Source of the DNA: Eledone cirrhosa | Lineage: Eukaryota | DNA: 64,000 nt | Reading direction: 5' to 3' | Assembly (NCBI GenBank): GCA_964016885.1 | Contig: OZ024742.1 | Coordinates: forward strand, 3,410,001-3,474,000 | Part shown: positions 36,797 through 49,297 of the stretch, piece by piece | Numbering within the stretch: the first letter of the stretch is position 1 | Layout of the letters: each line of letters starts with the position of its first letter | The notes under the pieces: generated by a model | What the model saw: the letters and a program-made list of their open reading frames with translations, nothing else | Told to the model about the DNA's origin: nothing | Databases searched by the model: none | Position numbers and translations under genes: made by a program

Positions 36797-37460
36797 TCTT
36801 TCTACTTTTGGCACAAGGCCAGTAATTATCCCATTGCATTACTGGTACTTTATTTTATCGACCCTGTAAGGATGAAAGGCAAAGTTAACCTCGGCGGGAT
36901 TTGAACTCAGATCATGAAGGGAGGTAACTCTATGCTTCAAAGCATAGCGTCCGACCCTCTACCGATAATGCCAGAATAATTGTTTCTACTTTTGGCACAA
37001 GGCCAGCAATTACCCAATGCATTACTGGTACTTTATTCTATCGACCCCGGAAGGATGAAAGGCAAAGTTAACCTCGGCGGGATTTGAACTCAGATCATAC
37101 AGGGAGGTAACTATAATGCCAGAATAATAATAATAATTGTTTCTACCTTTCGCACAAAGCCAGCAATTTGAAATGAAGAGAAATGTCTATTAAATCGACC
37201 CCAGTGCGTTACTGGTATTTTATTTCTATTGACCCCGAAACGACTAAAGGCAGAGCTAATCTCTGTACTATTTGAACTCGGTTCTTATATAGGCAAAAGG
37301 TCAGCAATTTGGGGGGAGGGAAAAGTCGATTAAATCGACCCCAGTGCATTACTGGTGCTTTATTTATCGACCCCGTAAGCTAACTTCGGCAGGATTTGAA
37401 CTCAGAACGTAAACGGCTATAACCCTATGCTGCGAAGCATGGTGTCCGACGCTCTACCGA
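36797..37460 (-). mobile_element. Head-to-tail cluster of four SINE copies joined by (AAT)n
   Basis: Units at about 36797, 36980, 37138 and 37281, each with the core and B box. Confidence 0.8.
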
Positions 37461-37672
37461 TAATAATAACGTCAGCAGCAGCAACAACAACAACAACAAC
37501 AGTAACACCAACGTCAACAGCAACAACGACAGCAGCAACAATAACAGCAACACCATCACCAACAGTAGCAGCAACGTCAGCAGCCCCACCAGCTACAGCA
37601 ACGACTGCAACAATAACTACAACAATAACATCAGCAACAATAACAACAACAACTACTACATCAACCACAACA
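37461..37672. repeat. Degenerate (ACA/GCA)n trinucleotide repeat
   Basis: Read directly. It produces spurious poly-Thr/Val ORFs. Confidence 0.85.
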
Positions 37673-38971
37673 ATGATTATTTCTATTGTTTCTATTTCCT
37701 GACTTCGCCAGAGATTACTATAGAGATAAGCTCACTAAACTTTACATTACTCAGATAACTCTAAATAAAAACTTTACAAGTGTACTTATTAACCTCTGAT
37801 CGTTAAACATTCCATTCTTTATGATTGGAAGGAGGTAGAGATCAAAGGTAATTAAGACTTGTGAAAAAAATGAATCTTTGATCACATGACAGTTATAATT
37901 ACAAGAATTATCGTCTTATTATATTTACTTTTGTTAATCAGAAATCATTTTATTTACGTTTCTTGTTTTTCATGTTTTAGAAAGAAAAATTATCTTTGAG
38001 AGAATATCTAGAAAATACTGGATTGATAATAAGGTGAAGTTGGTGCAGACGTTTCTCATGATACTATAACATATAAGATATCTCGAGGGAGGCGAGAAAC
38101 TAATGCTTGACTCTCGTCTTGTTTTCTCTTTTGTCAGATATTCCAAAGTGTGTGTGTATGTATGTGTGTGTGTGTATGTGTGTATGTGTGTGTGTATGTG
38201 TGTATGTGTGTGTGTGTGTCTGTATGTGTGTCTGTATGTGTCTGTATGTGGTCCCCGCACTAATTTCTTCCGTCAAATTAGAAAGACGGCGGCCCACTGA
38301 AGGAGAAGCCCCGTGAGGTGTCTCTGGTACTGCTCAGATGGAGAGGTAGTACCCGTCCCTCCCCTTTTCATTTTTTCTTCTTACACATCCTTTTTTCTTC
38401 CATTTTTTGTTCCCTTTTATAGAGTATTTTGTTGTTTTCTTTTTAGATACTGCTCAATCATTTTTATATGATTTTATCCTTGAAATAATAGTTTCTTTTG
38501 GTAAAAACAAAACGTTGATCAGTGATGTTGAACAGAATCGTTGTAGCAGAGTATATATATGCTAAACTAGCAGCATAAAGAGCCACGTTAGGAGGGGAAG
38601 CTATTACTTGTTACATGATTCAACGAGAAATAAACCAAAGAATTGATCATTAAAAGTTCCTGTAATGATTCCCATGTAGAATGTTTAACGTCGTATTTTA
38701 AAACATAAAACTACGATAGCATTAGTGAAATATCTGAGAGTAATGTTTAATATAACGTAGTTTCAACTGCAATTATTTAGAGGACGTATAACTATTGATT
38801 ACAGGAGGACTACAAGGAAATGTGCAGGATTTAATGATGAAACGGTTGTAAGGTTTTTGATGAGAAAAATCTCGTCCTAGAACTTAAATGGATATGGAAA
38901 ACCATAAACAAGGTTACTTTCTCTATCCTTCGCTGTATATATATATATATATATGAGTGCGTGTGTATATT

Positions 38972-39008
<37 letters not shown>

Positions 39009-39187
39009 CCACATAAACATACATGCAAAGACTGCTATACACATATATATTATATATTTATATTTGATTATGCCTAAAGTTATGTGTGAGGCCCTAAACT
39101 TCCCATTGAAATTATCCATCAGATACCTTCTCATCATCTTATTCATCTAATACATCTCTGTTACCATTCCAAATTTTAGTTAGTCAT

Positions 39188-39372
39188 TGGTGAATTGGCA
39201 GTATCGGTAGATGGTTGGACGCCATGCTTGCTTTCTAACATAGTTACGTCCCTTTATGGTCTGAGTTCAAATTCCACTGAGGGCACTTTGCCTTTCATCC
39301 TTACGGGGTCGATAAAATAAAGTACCAGTAATGCACTGAGATAATTGCTGGCCTTGTGCCGAAAGTGGAAAG
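39188..39372 (+). mobile_element. SINE (MetaSINE-type)
   Basis: A box, B box, core and (ATT)n tail. Confidence 0.82.
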
Positions 39373-39616
39373 TATTATTATTATCATTATTGTTTTCTGT
39401 CGTTCTTTTCATCTGTTTTTGTATGTTTCCCCTCACCTCAGGTAGTCATTAGACGTGCCGAGCAACGGATGTATATCAAATGATCCGAAGAGTAATCGGA
39501 ATTTGGATAAGACAGGCACATATTACCTAAAGAGATGTACATAAATGTATAATAGCGATGAGGGTGTCCACACACACACAGACAAACACACCCACACCCA
39601 TATATATATATATATA

Positions 39617-39661
<45 letters not shown>

Positions 39662-39713
39662 CTGAATAAACTTCATGACGATACTCTGAATCCTAGCACC
39701 TAGTTATTATTGC

Positions 39714-39890
39714 GTGTGATTGGCAATATCGGTAGAGAGTCGGACGCCAAGCTTTCCACCATAGTTACGTCCCTTTACGGTCTGAGTTCAAATCCCGCCG
39801 ACGTTAACTTTGCCTTTCATTCTTACGGGGTCGATAAAATAAAGTACCAGTAATGTATTTGCTGGCCTTGTGCCAAAAAGTAGAAACAAT
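39714..39890 (+). mobile_element. SINE (MetaSINE-type)
   Basis: A box, B box, core and ATT tail. Confidence 0.82.
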
Positions 39891-39911
39891 TATTAATTAT
39901 ATATACGTATG

Positions 39912-40088
39912 TAGATTCCCGAGTTGTGTCGGGGGTAACCCCAGTAAAATAAGAGACTTATTAGATCGGTAGAGTATAGGCATCTGTATTGTATATAGAA
40001 ATGACGTATACGGGACTAGAACAGTTTCATTCGTATGAAATCATCAGGAATCTTATTTCATACGGATGAAACAGTTTAGTCCTATATA
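39912..40088 (-). mobile_element. Short fold-back HHR mini-element (same family as 27181 and 49071)
   Basis: Arms 40006-40041 and 40055-40088. The minus strand reads AGATTC-CTGATGA-TTTCATACGAAT-GAAA. The tail resembles 28140-28206. Confidence 0.6.
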
Positions 40089-40694
40089 CTTATCTATTTT
40101 TTGCGAGAGAAAAGTGAATCAGTTGATTGAATTTAATATAAATTGTATACCTGTTTGCCTGTCGTCCCTCTCCCTATTTTTTTCTTCAACCTCTTCTGTC
40201 TTCTTTGTTTATGTATATAGTGATGGTGATGATTATGGTGAGAGTGCTGTATGCGACATGAGCCACTACATTATTTAATCTGCATTGGAAATATTTTTTT
40301 TTTCAAAAGACCCATTTGTTAGATCAATAAATCGAACACAATATTGTTTTATGATTTCTACATGGCTCATTGGGTTATTTCTGCATAAAAGTTTAAAAGA
40401 AGAAGAGTGGTGAAATGAATGTGGTCAAGTAAAATTGGCTGAAATCATAGTTGTATGTGTGATTGCGACATTTGACCAATTAGATAGGATATAAGAATTC
40501 TACTTAGAAATTAAACATCAATGGATTTGGGAGGAGGGGGGGGGGGGAGGGGGTAGCATTCACTGCCAAACTTCTCTAATGAAGCTGTCCCTACCACAAA
40601 GAATGTCTTCTCATATACAACACCAACAGTGTGTGTGGGGGGGGGGGGGAGAACATAAATTAAATCCAGCCCATTGCCTAAATTATAATTTAAT

Positions 40695-40825
40695 TTATTG
40701 ACCCACGCAAGGATGAACGTCAAAATTAACCTTGGTAGGATTTGAAATCAGAATGAAAAGGGCCGTAACTCTATGCCGCAAAGCATGGTGTCCGACGCTC
40801 TTCCGATACTGCCAACACACCACCA
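40695..40825 (-). mobile_element. SINE whose 5' head is continuous with a minisatellite
   Basis: Core and B-box region (GGATTTGAAATC) followed by CCGATACTGCCAACAC, the reverse complement of the A box. Confidence 0.75.
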
Positions 40826-41797
40826 CCCTTCGATACTGCCAACACACCACCACCCTCAGATACTGCCAACACACCACCACCCTCAGATACTGCCAACACA
40901 CCACCACCCTCAGATACTGCCAACACACCACCACCCTCAGATACTGCCAACACACCACCACCCTCAGATACTGCCAACACACCACCACCCTCAGATACTG
41001 CCAACACACCACCACCGCCCGATACTGCCAACACACCACCACCCCCCGATACTGCCAACACACCACCACCCCCCGATACTGCCAACACACCACCACCCCC
41101 CGATACTGCCAACACACCACCACCCCCCGATACTGCCAACACACCACCACCCCCCGATACTGCCAACACACCACCCCCCCCGATACTGCCAACACACCAC
41201 CACCGCCCGATACTGCCAACACACCACCACCCTCAGATACTGCCAACACACCACCACCGCCCGATACTGCCAACACACCACCACCGCCCGATACTGCCAA
41301 CACACCAGCACCCTCCGATACTGCCAACACACCACCACCGCCCGATACTGCCAACACACCACCACCGCCCGATACTGCCAACACACCACCACCGCCCGAT
41401 ACTGCCAACACACCACCTCCGCCCGATACTGCCAACACACCACCACCGCCCGATACTGCCAACACACCACCACCGCCCGATACTGCCAACACACCACCAC
41501 CCTCAGATACTGCCAACACACCACCACCGCCCGATACTGCCAACACACCACCACCGCCCGATACTGCCAACACACCACCACCGCCCGATACTGCCAACAC
41601 ACCACCACCCTCAGATACTGCCAACACACCACCACCGCCCGATACTGCCAACACACCACCACCGCCCGATACTGCCAACACACCACCACCGCCCGATACT
41701 GCCAACACACCACCACCGCCCGATACTGCCAACACACCACCACCCTCCGATACTGCCAACACACCAGCACCCTCCGATACTGCCAACACACCAGCAC
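40803..41797. repeat. 24-bp minisatellite, about 41 units
   Basis: Unit GATACTGCCAACACACCACCACC(GCCC/CTCA/CCCC) with patterned variants. Confidence 0.95.
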
Positions 41798-42124
41798 ACC
41801 TTACCAGAGGATATATTGCTATTTGAAGGTCACATATGTATTCGTTTCTCCCGCCTCTTAAACACGAGAACCAGTAAGAGGGGAAGGTTTACAGGTGTGC
41901 CTAATACAAAGATTAGGAGAGGGTGTTGGGTAATACTCTACATAAGTAAATGTCAAAATATCTCATATCTCATTCTCCTTCAATTTTAGAAAAGTAGTTC
42001 CTACAAATGAAACATTTGTCATCAAAACCTATCGATTTCGATCACCTTTGTTTCATTATTTCGATCACCGGAAGAACCAGCTCTTGGAATTAACATGTAA
42101 GTTGCTGTTCCTTCGCTGATACTT

Positions 42125-42174
<50 letters not shown>

Positions 42175-42176
<2 letters not shown>

Positions 42177-42372
42177 AAAAAGTATGATCCCGACGGCAGA
42201 GCTGAAGCCGTTTCGACGTTTATTTCTGGACTATTTCCAGAAATAGCCGTCGATACGGCTTGAGCTCTGCCGTCGGGGCCATACTTTTTGCCTATTTCCC
42301 ACTCTACTACCCTAAGTATTGAGTACTCTGGTGCGTTATGGTCCATCGAGTCCCTTACCAAAATTACTTTGT
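42175..42372. mobile_element. Fold-back mini-element made of the 3' half of an HHR plus tail, in (TA)n
   Basis: Arms about 42175-42230 and 42236-42293, with GCCGTCGA(A/T)ACGGCTTGAGCTCTGCCGTCGGGG. The tail contains TATTGAGTAC. Confidence 0.7.
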
Positions 42373-42716
42373 TATATATATATATATATATATATATATG
42401 CAGATAAAGAGATAGGAGAGAGAGAGAAAAAAGATTTAGTGAAAGGAAGAGAGAGACAGATGGAGACAGAAAAAGAGTGAGAGGGGGAGATATTGATAGA
42501 TATATAGATATATATAATAGGCAGAAAAAATATTACATTAGATTTGCTCAATGGAATATCTCATGAGATCAAAGTATATGTAGTATAGAACGATAATAAT
42601 CTTATTGACATGCCGTTAACGCTGAAGTTTCGTTGAATTAACACTTTAATATAACGTAGATTAGCGAGAGTCATTAAGGTGAACAGTTTCCTGCCGAAGA
42701 TTGAATATATAACTGA

Positions 42717-43624
42717 CTAGCAGTAAAGCCCGGCGTTGCTCGGGGTCGCTCAGTAGCTGTGTTAAAGTTACAACGTTAAGTTTCTTTATTGGCTTAAAAA
42801 CTGTAGTGTCTACTGTGCAGACTTGCATGTGGTGTTTTTGATTAATATTCCCTCAACCAACAATATGCCTTATGAAGTTAAGAAAACATAATGATAACCC
42901 GAATGTTATAACAAAAGAGGATGCTGGGGATAAAAACTGCACTGGTTATTTATTAACAAAGATCGAAAATGTAAACACTGCAACGCAGAGAAAAACATTA
43001 GCGTAACCAAATTATCAGTTATGTCTGTCTGCACGCCTATATCACCTCTCTGCACGACTGTCTGTCTGCACGCCTATATCACCTCTCTGCACGACTGTCT
43101 GTCTGCACGCCTATATCACCTCTCTGCACGACTGTCTGTCTGCACGCCTATATCACCTCTCTGCACGACTGTCTGTCTGCACGACTGTCTGTCTGCACGC
43201 CTAACGACGAAATATTTGCTTGTTTTACGTAGTCTTTAAATAGACTTGTTTTCAAGTAAAAATATTGTTTTAAAATGCTTTTAAATGGAAATGAAGCAAA
43301 ACGGAAGCTTAGTGTTTGAATGTTCGTGTATTGTGTTAATGTCATTTTAAACGCTGAGAAAGCCAGCGTAATTTTTTACGTAAGACGCTCAATGTAAACA
43401 GAACAAAGGGAAATAACTGATCACTTACGCTCAAAAATCGATACATTATATTCGATTTCGTCACATAGGGTGGGTCAATTTGAAATTTTTTTTTTTTCGA
43501 TGTCTTCGCTAGGGCTCAATGTACAAGTATAGCAATTTAGGTGCAATTCCGTGAGAGATTCTAAGAGGAGATGTGTGCCAAAAATCGATAGACAGACAGA
43601 CAACCACAGTTTTATATATATAGA
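42717..43624 (-). mobile_element. Non-autonomous Helitron
   Basis: Minus-strand 5' end A|TCTATATATATAAAACTG. 3' end CCCGAGCAACGCCGGGCTTTACTG-CTAG|T. Confidence 0.8.
43022..43202. repeat. 36-bp tandem repeat (about 4.5 units) inside the Helitron
   Basis: Unit TGTCTGTCTGCACGCCTATATCACCTCTCTGCACGAC. Confidence 0.9.
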
Positions 43625-43726
43625 TTGATTCTGGTTTGAAATCAAATCTTATAGCGGCGATAATGACATGGACTAATAAAAAATGCTGAAGCATTATAAA
43701 TAGATAGATAGATAGATAGATAGATA

Positions 43727-43826
<100 letters not shown>

Positions 43827-43861
43827 CGCGTGTGTATACCACTCGCGTAATTATTCAGGCA

Positions 43862-44045
43862 AGCCAGCGAATTAGGCAAACCAGTCGTTAGAACATCAGA
43901 TAGAATGGTAGAGTCGTTAGAACATCAGAATGCTTTGCGGTATTTGTTTCGGCTCTATACACTCTTAGTTCAAATCCCGCCGAGGTCTACTTTCCCTGAC
44001 ATCCATTCTAAGACGATAAAAACAAGTACCAGTCAAATACTGGAG
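43862..44045 (+). mobile_element. Diverged SINE
   Basis: AGTTCAAATCCCGCCGAGG and GATAAAAACAAGTACCAG. Confidence 0.6.
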
Positions 44046-44409
44046 TTCATTCTTCGTCAATATCCCCTTCTTACTTTCATGCTCTCACTCTATCTAACTT
44101 TCAATGGAAGAAATTTGTTGCATTTAGATATGGAGAGGCGTCAGTTTCCGCCAGGTATAAAAATGCCCTAGAAACGCCGTGTGTCAATATGGCGTCAGTA
44201 AGACTCCCTCGGTATGTACGGAACAATTCATCCACACAAATTTTCACGTATAAAAAGCTTATTCTAAATTTCAAACTAAATGTATTTCTGCAATCAGCAG
44301 GACAAGACGAATCAATAGAGGTATAATCGATATAAGTATTAGGAATCAAATTTGGAGTAAATCGACCCGATGGGTCGTATGAATGGATCAGAGCAGAGCA
44401 CATAGGTAA

Positions 44410-44550
44410 TGGTTTCTGATTGAGGTTAACAATGTTTTGTGGGGAGGAGAAAGTTAATTAAATCAACCCCAATGAGTTAGAGTTAATATATAATATCGAC
44501 CCCGTAAGGATGGAAGGCAAAGTTAACCTCGACGTAATTTGAACTCAGAC
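44410..44550 (-). mobile_element. Truncated SINE
   Basis: ATCGACCCCGTAAGGATGGAAGGCAAAGTTAACCTCG...TTTGAACTCAG. Confidence 0.65.
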
Positions 44551-44629
44551 CCTAAAGTACTGGATGTATAGTTATGTAATTATTGTTATAGAAGGGGTTT
44601 GACATTGGATATTTGTATATTTCATGAAC

Positions 44630-44690
44630 TCCCCGAAGATACAAGGATTCCTGGTATTAATGTTTTATACGAAACGCATGCAATACACGC
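44630..44690 (+). ncRNA. Degenerate hammerhead remnant (CCGAAGA core) in a PLE 3'-end fragment
   Basis: CCGAAGA-TACAAGG...TTTTATA-C-GAAA-CGCATGC, shortly before (TA)n. Confidence 0.35.
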
Positions 44691-44749
44691 TCTCATTATA
44701 ATTAAAAAAAACACACATTTTCATTATGCTTCTTAGGAAAACTACCGAG

Positions 44750-45241
<492 letters not shown>

Positions 45242-45243
45242 GC

Positions 45244-45492
45244 TTTTGCTCACTATAAAAGCTTCACGGCACAGGCATTGCTTTATATCTGGAGATCTCT
45301 CTGCACTTGTCGTCACATGGTACCATCGGCCCAGCACTATGTGTCAATAATTGTCACAAGTGTAGTGTTTGTACCAGAGTTTTCAAGTCGCTGGCTGGAC
45401 TAAAAAGTCACACTCGTTCAGCGCATCGGTAGGGGTTCTCCTACATGGATATAAAGTAGTGGCCGTACTCGAAAACGAGTTGGCAGCCATAA
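45244..45492 (+). mobile_element. 3' fragment of an RTE-type LINE with C2H2 finger
   Basis: [22 protein letters not shown] followed by a short 3' UTR with hairpin CTCGAAAACGAG and GGCAGCCAT tail. Confidence 0.55.
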
Positions 45493-45523
45493 TATATATA
45501 TATATATATATATACATATATAT

Positions 45524-45602
<79 letters not shown>

Positions 45603-47344
45603 TATATATATACACATGTATATATATATATATACACATATATATATAGTATTAGTTATACTATTTATGGTTATGTAAACACAAAACCTTAAGCAGTTGT
45701 AAGTATTTTACACACACCCTAAATAGTGGTAGGCAGTAATGTATTACTACCTTATTACCAGTAAGTTAAGTAGCTCAATGTAAAAACATCAGATGATTTA
45801 CAGAGCAGTTATATGAAATATATGAATCAAAGAACTGTTCAAAACATTATTGTGCTTACAGCTGTTTCCTCCAAACCGAGGTTTGGATTCTTCGGAGCAA
45901 TTTATTAATGCATGGACAGTTATATGACCTCCTTTTCAGCCGAGAGACATACCAATACATATTCAAACATTGATACATATTCAAACATTGTGGGTCAACA
46001 TTCATTACAGAATTTAGAGTGGCAGTACACACTTCGAGATTACATTTATATTAATAGGTACAATCAAAAAAATCAAAGATATAGGTTAAAGTACAACATG
46101 AAGATAAGTGGTTATACAGTGCAAATGTTATATGTGTGGCACGCATGTGCGTCTTGTTTATATAGTGTGGCAGAGAGATATGTGTGGTAGAGGCACTTAG
46201 GTAGGTAAATAAGAGTGTTAGGTTGGTAGATCTGGTGGCAAAGTCTTTATATGATTGATATAGTCTGTGTGTGGAGAAATATTATAAGCATTAAAGATAG
46301 TGCAAGCATTAAAAGTGTTATAAGTATTGGAGATGCACAGCGCAGGGATGTCAAGTAATTCATGTACTTCGGTATTTTCATGGTCAAGGGAGTGTATATT
46401 TCGATTATATGCCTTTCACATAATCCACGACAATCCAGTTAGAGATCGTAGTCTGGTGCTCTTTAGTTCGATACAGGTGGTTGTTACGTTTCGAGAGACG
46501 CCATTGAATACCGGAAGTGTGTGTGTGGCTAAGGGGAGTTAATGCATGCGGGGAGGTAACTCTGGGGTTTCTATATCTAGCCATTAAAATGTGTCTCAAT
46601 ATAGACCCTAAATTCTATGGTGAGGTGCACCTTCCAAGAGAGACTTTTAAAGCATAAAGTGTACTAACTATAGAGTAGTTTAACTAAATTATGCTGAAGG
46701 TGATCATATTATTATTAGGGTGGATTAACCCATCTTAAGGTGCTACAAATGGAAATTATAGATGATGAGCGAGGGTTCTAAATTAATGATCTCTATGGTT
46801 GTAGTCTGCTCATATGACCAGGCGCGGTGATTGCAGGATTGCTTCAGGACCCAATGATCTCTGGTAAGATCCGGGTCATCGCTTGCTACATTGGATGTCG
46901 AAAGATAATCATCCCCAAGCAGGCCAAAGGTCAAGTCGCAGTCCTCGCGACCCCTCTCTGACCGTCAGATCATCCATATACGTACAACCCGCACGGCAGT
47001 TGCATTGCATTCACTCACTGCGCTCAGCGGCCTGGTCCTACTGGTCAACAGCGCTACTCGATTAAATCATTTTACATCTGTCTAAGGAAGGTGTTTCCTC
47101 TGCCCAACACCATCCAACCGATCAATTGATGCTCAAATTACCCTTAGAGCGGCGTAGTGCCGTCCAGGTGGGTGGATGTTGTCACACCTGCCTTAGAGGT
47201 ATAAATGGGTATTTTCCCTGCGAAGGGTTCCAGAGGGATGTCGTTGTTTGTGTTATAATGTATCAGCTAGTGTTGGGTATGTAGTATAGGGTGTGTCTCT
47301 GGTGTTTGATGCTAGATGTGGTGTTAGGTTCCAGTCCGACATTG

Positions 47345-48355
47345 CTATATATGGGGCTTAAAGTTTTGGAAGGAATGTCTGAGGCGGTGCTGGCAAGTTG
47401 CAAACACCTCAGATTTTTTGTTAAGTAGGTTACGGTTGGAGAAGATAATATTGTGTGTCTCTAGTATACAGAGGTTACAGAATTTATTAGGTGGTTTGTA
47501 CGAGGTCGCGCTGCCTATCACTTCCCATTTGAGTGTGTATGGTTTATTTTTAGATTTTAGATAGTGAATGTAGCTAGAAAGTGAGGTGGAGTTGGCTAGG
47601 CTGTGCTTTTTGAACGAGTGGATGTGCGAGTTATATCTAATTTTGAAGCAGTTAGAAGTGGAGCCTACATAGGTTTCTGAAGAGTTATTAGTCGTGACTG
47701 TGCATGAGTATATGACATCCTTGGTTAGGCATTTTTTATCTAAAGGGCAGGTTCTATTAGCTCTACAGTTACAATTATTCTGTGCGTTAGTCCGCTGGTT
47801 ATAATGCAATGCGGAAGTCTGTGTGGTGGGTATAGGATTTTGGGTGTTCAGGTTGACAACCCTGGTGTTATTACTTATACTAGTGTTATTTCCATTGTTA
47901 CTGCCGTTGCTATTGTTGCTTGCTACAGTGGTATTTAGAGGGTTTGCATCCCGTTGCGATTTTGTTTGTTGGAAGTAAGAACTAATTTTACTATTATTGC
48001 TGCTAGCTATGTGGTATGCTAAGTTAGGCGTCGTGGAGTATGAGATTTTAATGGTGTTTTTGTTTAAGAGGTTGTGGTACTTGTGTCCTAGAGGGAAGTT
48101 TTTATCTAGTAGTGAGAAGAAAGCCCTAGGTATGTTGGTGGAGACATTTAGGTTGAAAGGAGGGTTGAAAAATGTATTATTTCTTCTTCTATTTTTGCTT
48201 TTAGTGTTTGGTGTGTTGCTTCCTCCTAAGGCCTCACAGTAGTTTCCATGGTAATGGTTACTTCCGGTGGCACCCTCCGCTTTGGTGTACTTGTGGTTGC
48301 TATTCCTATTATTAGATTTCCTCATGGACATGTTGTGCGAGATGATGTTGTAGCT
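47345..48355 (-). CDS. C-terminal part of the Naiad ORF (linker + Zn finger + GIY-YIG), open frame, RT missing
   Basis: FNPPFN..V.TNI...F..LL.K.FP..H, NTIKISYS, CNCRANRTCPLDKKC, VIY..YVGST, CNLCILE, LNKKSEV..CQHR. Confidence 0.85.
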   Translation of the reverse strand, partial: SYNIISHNMSMRKSNNRNSNHKYTKAEGATGSNHYHGNYCEALGGSNTPNTKSKNRRRNNTFFNPPFNLNVSTNIPRAFFSLLDKNFPLGHKYHNLLNKNTIKISYSTTPNLAYHIASSNNSKISSYFQQTKSQRDANPLNTTVASNNSNGSNNGNNTSISNNTRVVNLNTQNPIPTTQTSALHYNQRTNAQNNCNCRANRTCPLDKKCLTKDVIYSCTVTTNNSSETYVGSTSNCFKIRYNSHIHSFKKHSLANSTSLSSYIHYLKSKNKPYTLKWEVIGSATSYKPPNKFCNLCILETHNIIFSNRNLLNKKSEVFATCQHRLRHSFQNFKPHI

Positions 48356-48421
48356 ATGAAAATACCATGAAAATACCATGAAAATACCATGAAAATACCA
48401 TGAAAATACCATGAAAATACC
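48356..48421 (+). repeat. Six perfect copies of ATGAAAATACC at the inversion junction
   Basis: Read directly. The unit is single-copy in the opposite arm (about 46371-46384). Confidence 0.95.
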
Positions 48422-48891
48422 GAAGTACATGAATTACTTGACATCCCTGCGCTGTGCATCTCCAATACTTATAACACTTTTAATGCTTGCACTATCTTTA
48501 ATGCTTATAATATTTCTCCACACACAGACTATATCAATCATATAAAGACTTTGCCACCAGATCTACCAACCTAACACTCTTATTTACCTACCTAAGTGCC
48601 TCTACCACACATATCTCTCTGCCACACTATATAAACAAGACGCACATGCGTGCCACACATATAACATTTGCACTATATAACCACTTATCTTCATGTTGTA
48701 CTTTAACCTATATCTTTGATTTTTTGATTGTACCTATTAATATAAATGTAATCTCGAAGTGTGTACTGCCACTCTAAATTCTGTAATGAATGTTGACCCA
48801 CAATGTTTGAATATGTATCAATGTTTGAATATGTATTGGTATGTCTCTCGGCTGAAAAGGAGGTCATATAACTGTCCATGCATTAATAAAT

Positions 48892-48938
48892 TGCTCCGAA
48901 GAATCCAAACCTCGGTTTGGAGGAAACAGCTGTAAGCA
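48892..48938 (+). ncRNA. Minimal hammerhead with U4C core (antisense twin 45853-45899)
   Basis: TGCT-CCGAAGA-A-TCCAAAC-CTCG-GTTTGGA-G-GAAA-CAGCTG-TA-AGCA. Perfect palindrome ACAGCTGT in stem III. Confidence 0.75.
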
Positions 48939-48969
48939 CAATAATGTTTTGAACAGTTCTTTGATTCAT

Positions 48970-49296
<327 letters not shown>

Positions 49297-49297
<1 letters not shown>

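Noticed and set aside
40803-41797. CRISPR-like array or repetitive protein ORFs (364 aa in several frames)
   Set aside because: There are no unique spacers and no cas genes. It is a 24-bp minisatellite that stays open in many frames because the unit length is a multiple of three.
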